Assembly (NCBI RefSeq): GCF_009914755.1
Contig: NC_060929.1
Reading direction: 5' to 3' (one strand)
Origin: the human T2T-CHM13v2.0 reference genome, Homo sapiens
Length of the DNA: 64,000 bases
Shown here piece by piece: positions 50,630 through 64,000 of this stretch (position 1 is its first letter; the number at the start of each line of letters is the position of its first letter). The notes beneath the pieces are model-generated. The model saw only the letters and a program-made list of their open reading frames with translations, did not search any database and was not told where the DNA came from. Made by a program: the position numbers and the translations under genes.

Positions 50630-51040
50630 TATTCAAGGTTCTCCAAAGACACAGGCCTGTAGGATATATATATGTGTGTATATATAGGATATATATTGGC
50701 TCATGTGATTGTGGAGACCAGCAGGTCCAAAATCCGCAGGGCCAATGTCCCAGTCCAAAGGTTGTCAGGCAGAAAGAGCTGATGTGCCAGTTGAAAGGCC
50801 CTTGGGCAGGAGAATTCTCTCTTCCGTGGGGAAGGTCAGCATTTTGCTTTATTTCTGCCTTCAACTGATTAGATGAGGCCCAGCCACATCGTAGACGGCA
50901 ATCAGCTTTACTCAATATACCAATTTAAATGTTAATCTCATCAAAAAACACCCTCACAGAAACACTCAGAATACTATTTGACCAAATATCTGGGCATCCC
51001 ATGGCCCAGTAAAGTTGACACATAAAATTAACCCTCACAG
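50630..51040 (-). mobile_element. MLT2-type LTR
   Basis: ggttctccaaagacaca...ttcaactgattagatgaggccc...aagttgacacataaaattaacc. Confidence 0.8.
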
Positions 51041-51494
51041 ACACCAAGTGTAGTTCATCATTTTGGAAAATATTCACCTTATAGCAAGAATGGAAACCTC
51101 TAAGTAGAGTATTTTATGTGAACCATTCAACCTCAGGAATCATACATTTCACTCACTGATCCCTTGTTCACATTCCAGTGTATAAAACTCTGGTCCCCAT
51201 TAAGGAGACACTCCAGTCCTCAGGGAAAATCAGACCTGGCACTGTCGTCCATGAGTATGAGACGGGAAGAGCTGTGGTCCAGGATGGAACGGAAGTCATA
51301 CTGCACATACCAGGTGTTCAGTAAATGCTCCGATCTTCAGGTGCGCGTTGTCTCTCTCTCTCTCTCTCTCGAGTAGACACTTAATTCAACTAACGGGAGG
51401 CTGGCCAGTTGTTTCACCACCTATCCTACTTTCCCCAGCTCTTGTGTGGTTCCCAAAGCCCCTAGCAGTAGCCAAAACGGGGGCCCCAACTGCT

Positions 51495-51515
51495 GTCGCT
51501 GTCCCTGGTGCTGAC
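51495..51515 (-). promoter_or_regulatory. RE1/NRSE (REST binding site)
   Basis: Minus strand GTCAGCACCAGGGACAGCGAC matches consensus TTCAGCACCACGGACAGCGCC at 18/21, with both half-sites intact. Confidence 0.8.
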
Positions 51516-51569
51516 TAAACCCTAAAGCCTCTGCGTTGCGGCCTTGGGGCCATTGGTGGTGCCGAGTTA

Positions 51570-51722
51570 TTCTTTTATTTTCTTTCTGTTCTTTTCTTTT
51601 TTTCTTTTCTTCTCGTTGCTGCCCTTGGTGCTGCCCAATTATTCTTTTCTTTTCTTCTCCTCTCCCTCTCTCTCTTTTCTTTCTCTCTCTTTCTTTCTTT
51701 TTCTCTTTTTCTTTCTTTCCTC
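51570..51722. repeat. CT-rich low-complexity tract
   Basis: Almost purine-free stretch of ttttc and ctct units. Confidence 0.9.
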
Positions 51723-52070
51723 AAGAAAATGCTGCAGATTTAGAGAGTGACTTTGAAGCATAGACTAGACTTCGAGGATGAACATGACATTTTGGCTCTC
51801 TGTGTATCCCCATTCACACTGAAGAATCAACAACACTTCCTTGCTGATCAATAGTCCCAGAACTGGTGGCACAGCCAGGACCGACGCTGATGCTTACCTC
51901 CCCCTCTCCTGCAGCAGAGACGCCCCCGTCCCTGTGGCCCAGGGAAGTGCCAGGGATCCCTGGGAAGGCGGGAGATGGGGAAGGGGCAGGGTGAGCGAAG
52001 AGGAGCAGGCTGCGTCTGCACGCGGGCTGGGAAGCGGGGCTTCCGGGCCGCAGGGTCGCGGGGACGGGTG

Positions 52071-52079
52071 TGATGCAAT
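52071..52079 (+). promoter_or_regulatory. C/EBP-ATF response element TGATGCAAT
   Basis: Exact match to the TGATGxAAx ATF4/CEBP consensus; CRE-like TGCGTCA at 52094-52100. Confidence 0.55.
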
Positions 52080-52285
52080 CGCGCCACAGCCGCTGCGTCA
52101 AGGGGCGGCTCCGGGATGCGGGCACTGCGGTAGAGCCCGTCCTGCCCCCGCCGCCCGCCGCCCGCCGCCCGCCTCCGCTGCTAAACCCGCGGACAACCGC
52201 CGGGACGACCACCCAGAGCCACCAGAGCCCCCTGACACCCGCCCCGAGGCACCGGTAACCCACGGCACCCGCCCCGGTGCGTGCC

Positions 52286-53290
52286 ATGAAGTCGGCCGCG
52301 AGCTCGCGCGGGGGCGGTGGGGGCGGCCGCGGGGGCGGCGGCTGGGGCAGCTGGGGCGGGGGCCGAGGCGGCGGCGGCGGCGCGGGCAAGGGCGGCGGGG
52401 GCGACGGCGGCGGCCAGGGGGGCAAGGGCGGCTTCGGGGCGCGGGCGCGCGGCTTCGGCGGGGGCGGCCGGGGCCGGGGGCGCGGCGGCGGCGACGGCAA
52501 GGATCGCGGCGGCGGTGGACAGCGGCGGGGCGGCGTGGCCAAGAGCAAGAGCCGCCGCAGGAAGGGCGCCATGGTGGTGTCGGTGGAGCCGCACCGGCAC
52601 GAGGGCGTCTTCATCTACCGCGGGGCGGAGGACGCGCTGGTCACGCTGAACATGGTGCCGGGCCAGTCTGTGTACGGCGAGAGGCGCGTCACGGTGACCG
52701 AGGGCGGCGTGAAGCAGGAGTACCGCACGTGGAACCCGTTCCGCTCTAAGCTGGCCGCGGCCATCCTGGGCGGGGTGGACCAGATCCACATCAAGCCCAA
52801 GTCCAAGGTGCTGTACCTGGGCGCCGCGTCGGGCACCACCGTCTCCCATGTCTCCGACATCATTGGCCCAGACGGCCTGGTCTACGCCGTCGAGTTCTCC
52901 CACCGCGCCGGCCGCGATCTGGTCAACGTGGCCAAGAAGCGCACCAACATCATTCCGGTCCTGGAGGACGCGCGGCACCCGCTCAAGTACCGCATGCTCA
53001 TCGGGATGGTGGACGTGATCTTCGCCGACGTGGCCCAGCCGGACCAGTCCCGCATCGTGGCCCTGAACGCCCACACCTTCCTGCGCAATGGGGGCCACTT
53101 TCTCATCTCCATCAAGGCCAACTGCATCGACTCCACCGCATCCGCCGAGGCTGTGTTTGCTTCTGAGGTGAGGAAGTTGCAGCAGGAGAACTTGAAGCCT
53201 CAAGAGCAGCTGACCCTGGAGCCCTATGAGCGGGACCACGCTGTGGTGGTCGGGGTCTACCGACCTCTTCCCAAGAGCAGCAGCAAATAG
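52286..53290 (+). CDS. FBLL1: Fibrillarin-like 1, 2'-O-methyltransferase paralogue; intronless retrogene, 334 aa
   Basis: gccATGAAG start; Gly/Arg-rich GAR N-terminus; fibrillarin motifs [20 protein letters not shown]-binding [38 protein letters not shown] all intact; single uninterrupted ORF. Confidence 0.96.
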
Positions 53291-53391
53291 CACCCAGCTC
53301 AGGCTCGCCTGCCATCTCCCCAAGGCTGCGTTGTGTTTGCTATTATTTTCTGTGTGTTTTCTTTGTGAGTGTTTTGTTTTGTTGTTTTTCT

Positions 53392-53397
53392 ATTAAA
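53392..53397 (+). terminator. FBLL1 polyadenylation signal ATTAAA
   Basis: ATTAAA about 100 nt after the stop, preceded by a U/UG-rich tract. Confidence 0.65.
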
Positions 53398-53419
53398 CTG
53401 CATAAAGAAACGGCACCTA

Positions 53420-53760
53420 TCTGTATGGTGATGCCAGGCTAGGTTTTGCTGCAGTAACAATCAACCCCCAAATCCCAGTGGCCTAAACCGGCTGGTATAA
53501 GGGGCCCATCCAGCAGTAGCCTGGGAGCTGTGCTCATTCTAATCACTCAGGTCTCCAACTCCCCAGGGCCCCATTTTCACACATGCTCCCCCCATCCCTA
53601 GGGCAGAGGAAAGAGAGCTGCGGAATTGCTAATAAAAGCTTTTAAATGTCCCCTTGGAACTGATGGGGCACTTCTGCTCACATTTGGCCAAGTCACATGA
53701 CCCAGCCTGACTCGGGAAAAACACTGAATGTTGGTGGACAATAATATAGTCAAACACACC
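53420..53760. mobile_element. Old MLT1(K/L)-type LTR (similar elements at about 61790-62230 and 42560-42740)
   Basis: ggctaggttttgctgcagtaacaa..ccccaaatcccagtggc; cacatttggccaagtcacatgaccc. Confidence 0.6.
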
Positions 53761-54669
53761 AATCATCTGACTCACAGCCAAAGTCTTAACCACAATAGGT
53801 TTTTAGTATTTTACTCTTCAACTAAGCCCTTTTGCATTCACTGTTAAAGTGAATAATAAATAAATGTTAAATTTATTCCTCACACCAGCCCTGAGATGGC
53901 TTTGTTAGCACTTGCATATTACATGTGAAGCAACAGGGCTTCTGAAGGTAAACTATTTTGCCCAAACGTACATAGCCAGTAAGGAGGTAGAACTTAAATG
54001 CCAGTCTTCGGGGCTCTAAATCCATTGCTGTTTCCTCAGCACCAGGGGGATCTTGTCTCTGGTCCCCAACCCCTATGGCATGTGCACAGGGACACACTTA
54101 GAGCAGGGCCCTGTGACCTTATTGTGTTCTTTCGCCCTCCCCTGTCCCCCCCGGGCTACCCCTTTGTTTGGTTTCACAATAGCAAAACAAGATGCGGGGC
54201 AGATGTGGGTCTAGCTAGCAGACTGTCTCTACTACAGGGCATAACATACCCAAAGTGGTATCACCAAGTGTCTGCAGAACAGGCAGACAAATTACTCCCA
54301 GAAAGTATCTGTCTTTGCAAGGCATGTCCTGCACTTCCCAAGTTGCTGGTCTCAGTACCTCGCAGTCTCTCTCCAAAGCAGCCCAAAGGGAAGGGAGAGT
54401 GGGTAATCCGAGGAAAGCTGAGAATGCCCCAAAGGCCCAGTAAATCCCTCCAAGCCAGACTTTTCATTCATTCATGCATGCATGCATACACACTCCCAAC
54501 TGCCAAAAAGACCCACATCAACATTTAGTCTTTGAATGATTGCTCACTAATGTATCATTTGGAGGGTGGATTTGCCTTTCTAAAGATGTGCTTGGGCAGC
54601 AATTGTGGTTAGTCTGCTTTTTCTGAGGGCATACTTCTTGAACAACAACAAAGGATAAATCAGACTTTT

Positions 54670-64000
<9,331 letters not shown>

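Larger units (their letters stand above)
51880..53290. promoter_or_regulatory. CpG island covering the FBLL1 promoter and CDS
   Basis: Very high GC and CpG density compared with the flanks. Confidence 0.9.

Noticed and set aside
52277-52285. ORF-track start (GTG) for FBLL1
   Set aside because: The ATG at 52286 has a good gccATG context and is the more plausible start.
52181-53323. 380-aa antisense ORF over FBLL1 (also 51814-52614 minus, 51841-52749 plus, 52317-52649 plus)
   Set aside because: Shadow frames expected from extreme GC content and codon bias; low-complexity products with no recognisable domain.
54036-54050. TCAGCACCAGGGGGA RE1 half-site downstream of FBLL1
   Set aside because: The right half-site (GGACAG) is missing and it sits at the edge of a MIR-like fragment.
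53998-54528. 176-aa plus-strand ORF downstream of FBLL1
   Set aside because: Starts in MIR-like sequence, has no recognisable domain or splice structure, and its length is compatible with chance.

Overview
Human (or very close primate) genomic DNA, dense in Alu, L1, LTR and DNA-transposon remnants. It holds two + strand genes. (1) RARS1, cytoplasmic arginyl-tRNA synthetase: 15 coding exons from 9290 to 41983, all introns GT-AG, 1983 nt in total (660 aa + stop). (2) FBLL1, an intronless fibrillarin-like gene in a CpG island (52286-53290, 334 aa). Nearly all other ORFs in the supplied track are Alu/LTR translations or GC-rich shadow frames. I see no prokaryotic-type system, CRISPR array, tRNA or rRNA, and no clearly new gene. 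The best leads are regulatory and structural: an overlapping 24-aa uORF in RARS1 positioned to feed the Met73 short isoform; a stop-free 534-nt exon 2-5 circle flanked by inverted Alus; an RE1/REST cluster plus a perfect C/EBP-ATF element upstream of FBLL1; an AATAAA inside the last RARS1 codons; and a locally templated insertion into the tip of a DNA palindrome. Repeat family names come from recognition by eye, not from a database search, and repeat boundaries are approximate.
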